NCBI GenBank assembly: GCA_963717995.1
Contig: CAVQXX010000001.1
Location: 14,187 to 78,186 of the forward strand
From: an uncultured Bacteroidales bacterium
GTDB lineage: Bacteria > Bacteroidota > Bacteroidia > Bacteroidales > UBA10428
DNA: 64,000 bases
Reading direction: 5' to 3'
Below are positions 28,378-38,516 of the stretch, piece by piece; position 1 is the stretch's first letter, and each line of letters starts with the position of its first letter. Made by a program: the position numbers and the translations under genes. Below the pieces are notes generated by a model. The model did not search any database. It had not been told where the DNA came from and was given only the letters and a program-made list of their open reading frames with translations.

Positions 28378-30129
28378 ATGTTAAACGCAATCCTAAAAAT
28401 ATCACCTTTTAAAACCTGGCCAGGGCTTATCCTCTTGATTTTCGCGCTATTCCTGCCCTGGAATTCTTATGGCCAGGCCAGTTTTTCAATACCCGACACC
28501 ATATGCATTGATGACACACTTATTATTCAAAACCTCTCCCGCGATGCACAGACATACTACTGGAATTTTTGCTCCGGCAACCTGATCTATGATCCGGCCG
28601 GGGAAAATCTACCAAATCCCGGCACATTGAATGGTCCGGCATTTATCGATTTTGCATCGGACAACGGTGACTATTATGCCTTTGTCACAAACCATACAGA
28701 TGGCACCCTGGTTCGAAATTCCTACGGCAGCAATTTTCTTAACTCCCCTGCATCTCAAAACCTGGGGAGCTTTGGAGGTGTCATTCCCCGCCATGCACAG
28801 GGAATACAAGTAGTTCAGGATGGCGACCACTGGTACGTATTTGTTGTGGGTGGCCAACGGGAGGAATCCACACTGATCCGCCTCGATTTTGGCAATTCCT
28901 TATCCAATAATTCACCGGCAATCACCAACTTAGGCAATGCGAACAATTGTCTTGACTATCCTGAAGATCTGTATATCACTAAGGAAGGTGGTAACTGGAC
29001 AGGCTTTACCGTGAATTATAATACAAGCACGCTCGTGCGGTTTGATTTCGGGTCATCCCTGACAAATACACCCGCAATGACAAATCTCGGAAACATTGGC
29101 AGCTTTAATCATCCCTGCGGTATCCTTCCAATAAAAGATAATGGAAACTGGTACATGTTTGTCTCAAACTACGGAAGCAACGAGATCACCCGGCTCGATT
29201 TTGGTGGTTCCCTGCTGTCCAATCCTTCCGCAACTTCAATTGGTGATAATACGGTTTTATACTATCCTTTTGACCTTACCATTATTCGTGATTGCGAAAA
29301 TATCTATGGTTTTGTATTGAACCGGTTTAATGATATTGTGAGGATGGTGTTTAACAACGGACTCGACAATCCTCCGGAATATACATCCATGGGTCTAACC
29401 GGCAGTTTATTTAATCCCCAGGGTATATCTGACGTTTTCCGTGTGGGGGATACCCTGTATGCCTTTGTGGCCAACATTGACAATTCCACGATCACCCGTT
29501 TGTATTTTCCGGGCTGCAACAATGCAAATCCTCCTTCATCTGCAGAAAGAAATCCTCCGGGTGTAACCTACAACGCTTCAGGTATATATAACATAAACCT
29601 TATAATTGACGAAGGACAGCCAAACCAGGAGAGCTATTGCCGCAATATAACGGTGCTTGACAGTGCACACATGGAACTGGGAAATGATACACTCATTGCC
29701 GCAGGCACTGCAATTGAATTGTCACCTGACAGCACCTGGTCAGCTTACCAGTGGTCAACCGGTTCTTCAAGCCAGACCATCCAGGTAAACCAGGCAGGTG
29801 TTTATACCCTTACTGTCACCAATCAGTACGGATGTAAAGCCACCGATGAGCTCGAAGTTATAATCGATATCGGCATCCCCAATTTTTTTACCCCCAATGG
29901 AGACGGGTATAACGACACCTGGGAAATCCCATTTCTTATAACGGAACCCGGTGCATCCATTTCAGTTTTTGACCGTTTTGGCAATTTACTGGCAAAATAC
30001 AAGGCTACAGAGGGTGGATGGGATGGAAGGTCACAGGGCCGCGACATGCCTGTAGGCACTTATTGGTATTTTATTGAGGTTCCCGGTATGGATAAACCCT
30101 ATAAAGGCCCGGTTACAATAAAACGTTAG
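28378..30129 (+). CDS. T9SS type-B sorting domain (gliding-motility C-terminal domain) protein
   Basis: Signal peptide and repeated beta-propeller-like units (...RLDFG.SL.N.P...NLG). C-terminus IPNFFTPNGDGYNDTWEI...WDGRSQGRDMPVGTYWYFIE. Confidence 0.8.
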   Translation: MLNAILKISPFKTWPGLILLIFALFLPWNSYGQASFSIPDTICIDDTLIIQNLSRDAQTYYWNFCSGNLIYDPAGENLPNPGTLNGPAFIDFASDNGDYYAFVTNHTDGTLVRNSYGSNFLNSPASQNLGSFGGVIPRHAQGIQVVQDGDHWYVFVVGGQREESTLIRLDFGNSLSNNSPAITNLGNANNCLDYPEDLYITKEGGNWTGFTVNYNTSTLVRFDFGSSLTNTPAMTNLGNIGSFNHPCGILPIKDNGNWYMFVSNYGSNEITRLDFGGSLLSNPSATSIGDNTVLYYPFDLTIIRDCENIYGFVLNRFNDIVRMVFNNGLDNPPEYTSMGLTGSLFNPQGISDVFRVGDTLYAFVANIDNSTITRLYFPGCNNANPPSSAERNPPGVTYNASGIYNINLIIDEGQPNQESYCRNITVLDSAHMELGNDTLIAAGTAIELSPDSTWSAYQWSTGSSSQTIQVNQAGVYTLTVTNQYGCKATDELEVIIDIGIPNFFTPNGDGYNDTWEIPFLITEPGASISVFDRFGNLLAKYKATEGGWDGRSQGRDMPVGTYWYFIEVPGMDKPYKGPVTIKR

Positions 30130-30132
30130 CGG

Positions 30133-31059
30133 ATGAAGTGGCTTGTTTTGTTTTTCATGATATTTTTGATGCAAGAAATGAACGCCCAGACACTGGCGCG
30201 GTATAATCTTTATCCCTTCAATCCTGATTTTGTAAATCCGGCAGCTACCGGACTCACAGATTGCATCCTCTTTAATGTAACCGATATGCATCAATGGATA
30301 GGCATTGCAGATGCACCCAATACGCAATCTTTCAGTGTACAGAAAGGGACCGGTTTTCTTAGAAACAAAAAATACGGACTGGGTGCAAACCTGATCCGCG
30401 ATACCAACGGCCCCACAAAAAGCCTGGGTGGGGAATTTTTGTATTCCTTTCAAATGCTGATCGGACGTGCCCGGACAAACTGGTTAAGCTTCGGCCTTTC
30501 CGGTAATATTGAGCAACGCCGGCTGGATGAAAGTGGTTTTAGTCCGATCTTCGATCCCCGGGTGACAGGTGGCATAGTGCAGGAAATGTCTTACAATGCA
30601 TCAGCCGGCATTTATCTGTATAATGAAAGCTATTTTGCCGGAGTGGGGGTATATAATCTGTTACCTGAAAATAATACCATTGGCACAGGATACGGGGCCG
30701 ACAGGTATTACGTGTCTCTCCAGGGGGGATACCTGTTTGATAACCGCAGTCTGCCGGCTCGAATTCAAACCTCATTCCAGGGAAGTATCGGCAAAGATGT
30801 TTATCAATTTGATCTGTCAGGGAAAATGCTGTTTGACAATCAGCTATGGGCAGGAATTACCCTCCGCAAATATACCGGCAAATTTGAAACAGCAGGACAG
30901 AACGCCTTGTTTTTTATTGGGTATGACTGGCACAACTGGAGTTTCTGTTATAATTACAACTGCGACATCAATGGCACCCAGTTCCATCATTATGGTACCC
31001 ATCTTCTGTCGCTCGGCTATAAAATCTGCCGCGGGCCCATCAGTTGCCCGGCGTATTGA
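30133..31059 (+). CDS. PorP/SprF-family T9SS outer-membrane protein
   Basis: 308 aa, placed directly after a type-B cargo gene as is typical. N-terminal YNLYPFNPDFVNPAATG motif. Confidence 0.8.
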   Translation: MKWLVLFFMIFLMQEMNAQTLARYNLYPFNPDFVNPAATGLTDCILFNVTDMHQWIGIADAPNTQSFSVQKGTGFLRNKKYGLGANLIRDTNGPTKSLGGEFLYSFQMLIGRARTNWLSFGLSGNIEQRRLDESGFSPIFDPRVTGGIVQEMSYNASAGIYLYNESYFAGVGVYNLLPENNTIGTGYGADRYYVSLQGGYLFDNRSLPARIQTSFQGSIGKDVYQFDLSGKMLFDNQLWAGITLRKYTGKFETAGQNALFFIGYDWHNWSFCYNYNCDINGTQFHHYGTHLLSLGYKICRGPISCPAY

Positions 31060-31073
31060 AATAATAAAAAAGC

Positions 31074-31081
31074 TATATTTG
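31074..31081 (+). promoter_or_regulatory. Bacteroidetes -7 box (TAnnTTTG)
   Basis: TATATTTG, 35 nt upstream of the cytochrome b ATG. Confidence 0.35.
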
Positions 31082-31115
31082 TCTGAGCCAAACCCCAACC
31101 GAAGTTTATCCATTT

Positions 31116-32417
31116 ATGCCAGATGTACCCCAAAATACCACCCATACAAAATCCTGGTACAATTTAATCCTCCATCTCCACCCGCGTAAGGTGAAACCCT
31201 ATACACTCAGGTTTACCCTAACTTTCGGACTGGGTGGAATGGCCGCCCTGCTTGTTGTTATCCAGGTGTTTACGGGATTACTGCTAAAATTTCATTATAT
31301 CCCCTCTCCCGACGGAGCCTATAATTCTGTTCTGAATATAAACGAAGGGCTCCTGTTCGGAAAACTGGCACACAATATTCATCACTGGAGCGCAGTATTA
31401 TTGCTCTGGATCACATTCCTTCACATGCTTCGCGTTGTTTTCACCGGCGCATACAGCAAGCCCCGCCATGCAAACTGGATATTCGGAATGATTTTACTTG
31501 TACTTGTAATCCTATCCAATTTTACCGGGTACCTGCTTCCCTGGGATCAGCTTTCTTACTGGGCAGTTACAGTGGTCACCAGCCTTTTGCAATATATTCC
31601 CCTGGTTGGTGAAACTGTAAAGCAAACACTATTGGGGGGACAGGAGGTCGGCGCTGTTACCCTGTCCAACTTTTTCAATCTTCACACCGGGATAATACCG
31701 CTTCTGATCATTATCATGATGGGATACCATTTCTGGAGAATTCGTAAAGCAGGAGGGGTAATTGTTCCCGCAGGAAAAAAAGATGAACCTTTGACCGACA
31801 CTTATCCAAACCTTGTTGCACGCGAGTTGGTGGTGGCACTCGTTCTGATTGCCTTCCTGCTGGCAATTAGTGCTGTTTTTGATGCTCCCCTCCGGGAAAA
31901 GGCAAATCCGTATTTCAGTCCCAACCCTGCAAAGGCACCCTGGTATTTCATGGGATTGCAGGAACTGCTGATCCATTTTCATCCCTTCTTTGTCGTTGTG
32001 GTTTTCCCTCTCACTCTATTAGCCGGGAGCGTATGGCTTCCATTTCTGAAACTGACTGACACTCATTCCGGTATATGGTTCATTTCCGATAAGGGTAAAA
32101 AAACCGGGAAATATGCTGTGGCTGCCGGCATTATGTTCACTGTTGTATTTATACTTGTAAGCGAGCTCTTACCGGACCCCGAAACACTGCTTCCATACGT
32201 TCCATCGCTGATACTGACGGGTCTGGTCCCGTTTCTTATCGTGGCCGGTTCAATTTACCTGTTTATGAAATATATAATGAAAAGATATTCCCTGAGCAGG
32301 GCGGAATATATTCAGACATTCATTATACTGCTCATTGTATCCTATGCCGTTCTGTCATTGACAGGAATACTGTTCAGGGGGGAAGGAATGAAACTGATAT
32401 GGCCATGGCAGATATAA
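31116..32417 (+). CDS. cytochrome b (fused b6 plus subunit IV-like) of a Rieske/cyt b complex
   Basis: Haem-ligand His pairs (HNIHHWSA...FLHMLR; FFNLHTG...GYHFW), FTGYLLPWDQLSYWA, and the PEWY-equivalent APWYFMGLQELL. Confidence 0.85.
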   Translation: MPDVPQNTTHTKSWYNLILHLHPRKVKPYTLRFTLTFGLGGMAALLVVIQVFTGLLLKFHYIPSPDGAYNSVLNINEGLLFGKLAHNIHHWSAVLLLWITFLHMLRVVFTGAYSKPRHANWIFGMILLVLVILSNFTGYLLPWDQLSYWAVTVVTSLLQYIPLVGETVKQTLLGGQEVGAVTLSNFFNLHTGIIPLLIIIMMGYHFWRIRKAGGVIVPAGKKDEPLTDTYPNLVARELVVALVLIAFLLAISAVFDAPLREKANPYFSPNPAKAPWYFMGLQELLIHFHPFFVVVVFPLTLLAGSVWLPFLKLTDTHSGIWFISDKGKKTGKYAVAAGIMFTVVFILVSELLPDPETLLPYVPSLILTGLVPFLIVAGSIYLFMKYIMKRYSLSRAEYIQTFIILLIVSYAVLSLTGILFRGEGMKLIWPWQI

Positions 32418-32917
32418 ATAAAAAAATATCAACCGGCAGGACCGGAAGAAGGGAATTCTTCTCACAGCTTTGGAGTATCCTTGGCCTGGTGGCATTGGGT
32501 GAACTTGTGATCTTTACCCTGAGCATGCTAAGGCCAGGAAAGAAATTCCAAAAAGAAGATCCCTCATCACAGATAAAAGTTGCCGGTAATGTGGAGGATT
32601 TTGCTGTTAATTCGGTAACTGCTGACAGGATAAATAAGTATTTCCTTATCAGGAGAGAGGATGGAGGATTTCTTGCCCTGTCACTCACCTGCTCACACCT
32701 TGGATGCACAGTTTTGTGGGAGGAGGAGAAGAAACAGTTTATATGCCCCTGCCATTCATCGGCTTTCGACAAAACGGGAAATGTCATAAATTCCCCGGCC
32801 CCCCGCCCTCTTGACTACTTTCCTGTATCCATAGATGCCGGCAAAGTGATGGTTAATACGGGTCAGAAAATGAAACGCAGGAAGTTTGAAAAAAACCAGG
32901 TAACCTATGCCATCTGA
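32399..32917 (+). CDS. Rieske [2Fe-2S] protein with a Tat-type signal
   Basis: GRREFFSQL twin-arginine motif. Rieske boxes CSHLGC and CPCHSSAF. Confidence 0.85.
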   Translation: MAMADINKKISTGRTGRREFFSQLWSILGLVALGELVIFTLSMLRPGKKFQKEDPSSQIKVAGNVEDFAVNSVTADRINKYFLIRREDGGFLALSLTCSHLGCTVLWEEEKKQFICPCHSSAFDKTGNVINSPAPRPLDYFPVSIDAGKVMVNTGQKMKRRKFEKNQVTYAI

Positions 32918-35216
32918 TCCCGCCATGACATCCTGGAGGAAAACAGGATTTATTGCTACCATCATTATTGTGCTGGCCTTCCCGGTATATCTTGTCCGTA
33001 TAGCCATTGAGAGGTCAAATCCGGTAATGCAGTCAGGACCATTTTATACAGGGAGGGCTTCGTGCGTTGAATGCCATAAAAAAGAAGATGACCTGTGGAA
33101 AGGTTCCCACCATGATATGGCCATGGATACTGCAAAAATTGAAACAGTACTGGGCAATTTCAACGATTTTGAATACAGGCATAAGGGCAAGACCCACAGG
33201 ATGTTCAGGAGGGATGGCAAATTCTATATAAACACGAACGGCCCCGATGGTGAATTCAGGGATTTCCAGGTAGCGTACACCTTCGGTTATACACCGCTCC
33301 AGCAATACCTGGTTCCGTTTGAAGGCGGGAGACTCCAATGCCTTCCTATTGCCTGGGATACAGAAAAAAAGAGATGGTTTCACCTGGGGGATACTGTCTA
33401 TCAGGGGCAGGATATTAAACCTGATAACTGGTTATACTGGACAAACCAGGCACAGAACTGGAATGGAATGTGTGCTGATTGTCATTCCACAAACCTTAAG
33501 AAGAATTACGATCCTCAAAATGGCTCTTTCACTACAACCTGGTCGGAAATAGATGTCAGCTGTGAAGCCTGTCACGGACCCGCATCGGATCATATTCAAT
33601 GGGCAAATCTGCCGGAAGGATCACGTTCACAGGATGTGAATACGGGCCTTATCGTCAGAACGCGCAATCTCGACAACAAGGAGTTATTGAATGTATGTGC
33701 ACGATGTCATTCCCGGCGGGCCATTATGAGCGATTATCCCAATAACAATGAAGATCTGCTCAACTACATGATACCTCAGCTAATAAGAACTCCGATTTAT
33801 CATTCAGACGGACAGATACTGGATGAAGATTATGAATATGCTTCCTTTACCCAGAGCAAGATGTTCGAAAAAGGGATCAAGTGCAGCGACTGCCACGATT
33901 CGCATTCGGCCAGAACCCTTAAGGATGATAATGAGCTCTGTATGAAATGTCATCGCCCTGATCTTTATAATACCCCAGACCATCATCTTCATAAAATGCC
34001 CGATCCGGCAGGAAAACACCTGGTAAACAGGGGAAAGCCGGAATATTTACAGGGAACAGGAGCCCAGTGCGTAAATTGTCATATGGTGGGGAAATTTTAT
34101 ATGGGAAATGATTACCGCAGGGATCATAGTTTCCGGATCCCAAGACCCGATCTGACGATAAAAATTGGTACTCCCAATGCCTGCAACGATTGCCATACCG
34201 ACAAGAGTACTGCCTGGTCGCAGGAATATATTGAAAAGTGGTATGGATCGAAAAAACGGCCGCATTACGGGCAGACATTTGCTGCCGCCAACCGGCGAGA
34301 TCCAAAAGCAATCCCTGATCTTATTCTCTATGCAGAAAATGAGTTATTCCCCCTGATGGTTAGGGCAACGGCAGTCGATTTACTGGCCGGTTATGGTGAC
34401 AGCCTGAGCAGAAAAGCAATTGAAAAAGCACTCGGTGACCCGGCATCACTGGTAAGACATTCGGCAATTAATGGTTTTCAACCGGAGAATTTACAATCCT
34501 TTGAAAAGCTCCTGACTCCGCTTTTGAACGATCCGGTCAGAGGCATCCGCACCGAAGCTGCAATTAGACTTTCCACGGTACCTGAAGATCAATTGTCTGA
34601 CCCGGTTAAAAAGGCCAGAAAGGCAGCCCTGGAAGAATATGTGAACGTGAATTTGTACGTAGCTGATTTCCCAGGGGGCAACTACAATCTTGGAGTAATG
34701 TACACTAACTCAGGGGACCTGGAAAAAGCGGCTGAATATTACAGAACGGCTCTCGATATTGACAATCTTTTTTATATGGCCAAGGTGAACCTGGCCTCGG
34801 TATATAACCTGCAGGGCAAGAATGCAGAAGCAGAAAAATTACTAAGGCAGGTTTTGAACGAAAATCCCGAAATAAGTCAGGTTAATTACTCTCTTGCCCT
34901 TTTACTGGCTGAGCTGGGGAAAATTGATGAAAGCCGGATATATTTTCTTAAGGCCATGGACCTTCTGCCTGATGAAACCAGGATAGTCTACAACCTGGCC
35001 CTTCTTGAAAATTCACAGGGAAACACCGCCAAAGCTGAAGAATACCTGCTCAGGGCATTGAAGACTGAACCGGACAATTTCGATTTTTTGTATGCCATAT
35101 GTACGTTTTACCTTGAGCATAAACAAAACTCCAGGGCGGCTGTGTATGCAAGGCAGATAAAAGAAAAATATCCGCAAAACCCTGCCGGGGAAGAGTTACT
35201 GAAGGCTGCAAATTAG
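32907..35216 (+). CDS. membrane-anchored octahaem c-type cytochrome fused to HEAT/TPR repeats
   Basis: N-terminal TM helix. Eight CxxCH motifs (CVECH, CADCH, CEACH, CARCH, CSDCH, CMKCH, CVNCH, CNDCH). The C-terminal half carries HEAT-like then TPR-like repeats. Confidence 0.8.
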   Translation: MPSDPAMTSWRKTGFIATIIIVLAFPVYLVRIAIERSNPVMQSGPFYTGRASCVECHKKEDDLWKGSHHDMAMDTAKIETVLGNFNDFEYRHKGKTHRMFRRDGKFYINTNGPDGEFRDFQVAYTFGYTPLQQYLVPFEGGRLQCLPIAWDTEKKRWFHLGDTVYQGQDIKPDNWLYWTNQAQNWNGMCADCHSTNLKKNYDPQNGSFTTTWSEIDVSCEACHGPASDHIQWANLPEGSRSQDVNTGLIVRTRNLDNKELLNVCARCHSRRAIMSDYPNNNEDLLNYMIPQLIRTPIYHSDGQILDEDYEYASFTQSKMFEKGIKCSDCHDSHSARTLKDDNELCMKCHRPDLYNTPDHHLHKMPDPAGKHLVNRGKPEYLQGTGAQCVNCHMVGKFYMGNDYRRDHSFRIPRPDLTIKIGTPNACNDCHTDKSTAWSQEYIEKWYGSKKRPHYGQTFAAANRRDPKAIPDLILYAENELFPLMVRATAVDLLAGYGDSLSRKAIEKALGDPASLVRHSAINGFQPENLQSFEKLLTPLLNDPVRGIRTEAAIRLSTVPEDQLSDPVKKARKAALEEYVNVNLYVADFPGGNYNLGVMYTNSGDLEKAAEYYRTALDIDNLFYMAKVNLASVYNLQGKNAEAEKLLRQVLNENPEISQVNYSLALLLAELGKIDESRIYFLKAMDLLPDETRIVYNLALLENSQGNTAKAEEYLLRALKTEPDNFDFLYAICTFYLEHKQNSRAAVYARQIKEKYPQNPAGEELLKAAN

Positions 35217-35335
35217 AGTTTGTTTGATCTCTTAAACATTTTTGTCTACTCCGAATAGGAGGATTTCAGAGTTGCATTATTGTCTCCTTTTGCATAACTT
35301 TCTCCTAAATAAAACCCATTCATTAAAAGAAAACC

Positions 35336-36325
35336 ATGAAAAAAACAGCCGTCATATTATTACTGCTTTTTAGCATGAATGCATTTACTCAGTTTAGCCC
35401 TGCAAATAAAAATGCATCCCCTGAAGCCAAAAAGCTACTCGGTTACCTGTATAGTTTAAATGGCAACCAAACACTGACAGGGCAACACAACTATCCTGCC
35501 AACTTCGACCAGTGGATGGATACAGTAAAGTCAATGACCGGCAAATACCCGGCAGTTTGGGGTATCGATTTTATTCTGCATGGAACCCGGGATTTCGGAC
35601 CCGAAATTGTTCAGGAGGCCATAAAAAAATACCGGGATGGCTTCATTGTTACCATGATGTGGCATGCCGGCCGCCCCATGGATGACCCTCCTTACGGATG
35701 GAAAGAAAGCATACAGGCTGAGCTCGACGATGCCCAGTGGAAAGAGCTTACCACACCTGGTACCACGTTGAACAAGAGATGGGAAGCCCAGGTTGATAAA
35801 ATCGCCTCCTACCTGAAACAGCTACAGGATGCAAATGTACCGGTGCTTTGGAGACCATACCATGAAATGAATGGGGTATGGTTCTGGTGGGGTGACAAAA
35901 AGGGACCTGATGGCTACCAGAAGCTATGGAAAATGATGTTTGACCGTTTTGTAAATGTTCACAAATTAAACAACCTGCTTTGGGTTTGGAATGCCAATGC
36001 ACCGCGTGATCTCCCCTTTGATCAGGCTTACGCATATGCTGATTTTTATCCCGGACCGGAATATGTTGACGTGCTGGCTACCGATGTATATCACTTTGAC
36101 TATGAACAAAAGGATTACAACGAATTGCTCGATCTCGCCAAAGGTAAGCTTATTGCCCTCGGAGAATGCGGGGGGCTTCCCAATGCTCAGATCCTGCAGG
36201 TGCAACCCAAATTTACCTGGTTTATGGTTTGGGGAAGTTTTATAAAACATGATAATCCTCCGGGACGGGTAAAGGAAATTTACAGCCTCCCGCAGGTCAT
36301 AACACACGATGAAGTAAAGTTTTAA
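35336..36325 (+). CDS. glycoside hydrolase family 26 (beta-mannanase-like)
   Basis: Signal peptide and the GH26 hallmark WRPYHEMNGVWFWWG. Confidence 0.8.
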   Translation: MKKTAVILLLLFSMNAFTQFSPANKNASPEAKKLLGYLYSLNGNQTLTGQHNYPANFDQWMDTVKSMTGKYPAVWGIDFILHGTRDFGPEIVQEAIKKYRDGFIVTMMWHAGRPMDDPPYGWKESIQAELDDAQWKELTTPGTTLNKRWEAQVDKIASYLKQLQDANVPVLWRPYHEMNGVWFWWGDKKGPDGYQKLWKMMFDRFVNVHKLNNLLWVWNANAPRDLPFDQAYAYADFYPGPEYVDVLATDVYHFDYEQKDYNELLDLAKGKLIALGECGGLPNAQILQVQPKFTWFMVWGSFIKHDNPPGRVKEIYSLPQVITHDEVKF

Positions 36326-36328
36326 TCT

Positions 36329-36362
36329 GATTTACGATTTACGATCTACGATCTACGATTTG
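36329..36362. repeat. heptamer tandem repeat (GATTTAC/GATCTAC, about 5 units) just after the stop codon
   Basis: GATTTAC GATTTAC GATCTAC GATCTAC GATTTG. Same word as at 28247-28277. Confidence 0.75.
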
Positions 36363-36382
36363 TCCCAGAAGGCAAATTGTAG
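36353..36382 (+). terminator. hairpin formed by the last repeat unit and downstream sequence
   Basis: CTACGATTTG-tcccagaagg-CAAATTGTAG (9/10 pairing), 28 nt after the GH26 stop. Confidence 0.4.
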
Positions 36383-36393
36383 TATATATCTAT

Positions 36394-37608
36394 ATGACTG
36401 CTTCACCTAACCTTCTTTTTACGCCTTTTAAACTTGGAGCTGTAAGGCTTCGCAACAGGGTGATCCGTGCGGCTGCCTTTGAGGGTATGTGCCCTGGCAA
36501 TTCGCCCTCTGATGAATTGCTGAATTTTCACAGGGAGCTGGCAGCCGGTGGAGTAGGAATGACTACCGTGGCATATGCTGCAGTTGACCGTTCAGGTCTG
36601 TCGTTTCCACACCAGCTTTTGCTGAGGAAAGAAGCTGTCCCTGAACTAAAAAGACTTACTGATTCAGTGCACAAGGAAGGTGCAGCCTGTTCAATACAAA
36701 TCGGGCATTGCGGCAACATGGCCAAGGCATCCCTGGCAGGTTCAAGACCCATGGCGCCGACTTCACGCATTAATCTATATGGTCCCACATTCCCGAGGGC
36801 CATGAACAGAGATGATATTCAGAATGTGGTCCGTAGTTTCAGCAATGCCGTGCATCTGGCCCGTGAATCAGGATTTGATGCTGTGGAAGTTCATGCCGGG
36901 CACGGCTACCTCATCAGCCAGTTTCTTTCGCCCTATACAAACCGCAGGAAAGATGAGTTCGGCGGTTCCCTGGGTAACCGGGCGCGTTTTATGCGCCTGG
37001 TGACGGAAGAGGTGAAGAAAGCAGCAGGAAATGATATTCCCGTTCTGGTAAAAATGAACATGCGGGACGGATTCCCGGGAGGAATGGAAATAGACGAATC
37101 TCTCGAGGTAGCCAGGATGCTGGAACGGGCAGGCGCTGATGCCCTGTTACTGAGCGGGGGATTTGTGAGCAAAACGCCGATGTACATATTGCATGGTGTT
37201 ATGCCCGTCAGGATCCTGGCGCATTATATGGAAAACAGATTGCTAAAGATATTTGTCCGCTTATTTGGAAACCATCTGATTAAGGCCGAACCTTTTAAGG
37301 AAGCTTATTTTCTCGAGGATGCCTTGAAGTTCAGGGAGCAGCTGAAACTTCCCCTGATATATGTCGGAGGCATGATTTCGCAGGAAAAAATAAATGAGGT
37401 TCTGGATAAGGGATTTGAAATGGTGGCGATGGCCCGTGCATTGATCAAAGATCCGGATTTCGTCAATAAACTGCTTTACCAGGAATTATCCAGGTCTGCT
37501 TGTGATACATGCAACTATTGCATTGCAGTAATGTATACCCAGGAAGTCTCCTGTATTCAAAATGAAGTTCAGGATCCTGAAATCCTGGAAATGCTCCACG
37601 GAAAATGA
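36394..37608 (+). CDS. NADH:flavin oxidoreductase (Old Yellow Enzyme family)
   Basis: HAGHGYLISQFLSPYTNRRKDEFGGSLGNRARF signature in a 404-aa TIM-barrel-sized protein. Confidence 0.85.
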   Translation: MTASPNLLFTPFKLGAVRLRNRVIRAAAFEGMCPGNSPSDELLNFHRELAAGGVGMTTVAYAAVDRSGLSFPHQLLLRKEAVPELKRLTDSVHKEGAACSIQIGHCGNMAKASLAGSRPMAPTSRINLYGPTFPRAMNRDDIQNVVRSFSNAVHLARESGFDAVEVHAGHGYLISQFLSPYTNRRKDEFGGSLGNRARFMRLVTEEVKKAAGNDIPVLVKMNMRDGFPGGMEIDESLEVARMLERAGADALLLSGGFVSKTPMYILHGVMPVRILAHYMENRLLKIFVRLFGNHLIKAEPFKEAYFLEDALKFREQLKLPLIYVGGMISQEKINEVLDKGFEMVAMARALIKDPDFVNKLLYQELSRSACDTCNYCIAVMYTQEVSCIQNEVQDPEILEMLHGK

Positions 37609-38399
37609 TTCATCCGGATAAAAACGCCCTGGTTACCGGCGCATCTTCGGGTATCGGCCGGCACATTTCAATAGAACTGGCAAGGCGGGGATATTCAGTC
37701 ATTGCGGTAAGCAACCAGCCCGGGCAACTGGATATGTTAAAAAAGGAGTTAGAGAACACTTTTGGCATTACAGTACAAATATTCAATATTGATCTCTCGA
37801 AAGAAGGTGCCGGAAAAACAGTCTTTGAACTTTGCGAAACAAATCACCTTGATGTGGAAGTGCTGGTGAACAATGCCGGCATCCTTGTTACGGGGAAAGC
37901 CATAACGGTTGACTACTCCCGGGCAGCTGAAATCCTGCAGCTTCATGTAAATACGCCCGCCTTATTGTGCCATTTGTTTGGGAAAAAGATGTCAGAGAGA
38001 AAATCGGGATATATTCTCAACGTTTCTTCGATTTCGGCGGTGATGCCATACCCGATCATCTCCTTTTACGGACCCTCAAAAACCTTTATCCGGTCGTTCA
38101 CCCGTGCCCTGAGGACCGAAATGAAGAGCAAGGGGATCAACGTTACCTGCCTGCTGCCCGGAGCCACGGCCACTGCATTGTATGATATGCATACTGTGAA
38201 TATCCAGTTAGCGATGAAACTGGGTGTGATGAAAAAACCTGAAAGTATAGCACATGCTGCCGTGAAGTCCCTCTTTAACGGGCGGGCGGAATGTATCCCG
38301 GGCTTATTGAATAAGCTGGTTGTATTTGTACTTCCCCTTGTTCCAAACTTCATGATAGAATGGATCTATCGGATGAGAGAAAGGAAAAATAATGAATAA
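37605..38399 (+). CDS. SDR-family oxidoreductase
   Basis: TGASSGIG cofactor motif, NNAG, and catalytic YGPSK. ATGA overlap with the OYE gene. Confidence 0.85.
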   Translation: MIHPDKNALVTGASSGIGRHISIELARRGYSVIAVSNQPGQLDMLKKELENTFGITVQIFNIDLSKEGAGKTVFELCETNHLDVEVLVNNAGILVTGKAITVDYSRAAEILQLHVNTPALLCHLFGKKMSERKSGYILNVSSISAVMPYPIISFYGPSKTFIRSFTRALRTEMKSKGINVTCLLPGATATALYDMHTVNIQLAMKLGVMKKPESIAHAAVKSLFNGRAECIPGLLNKLVVFVLPLVPNFMIEWIYRMRERKNNE

Positions 38400-38516
38400 C
38401 CTTTACCTTGCCCAATAACTGGCATTCCTGAATAATGCAAATAAAATGATCCTAATCGTGTTTTCACATGAATAACTCTTACATATTTGCACTTACATTA
38501 TGGCAGATTGAAACAG

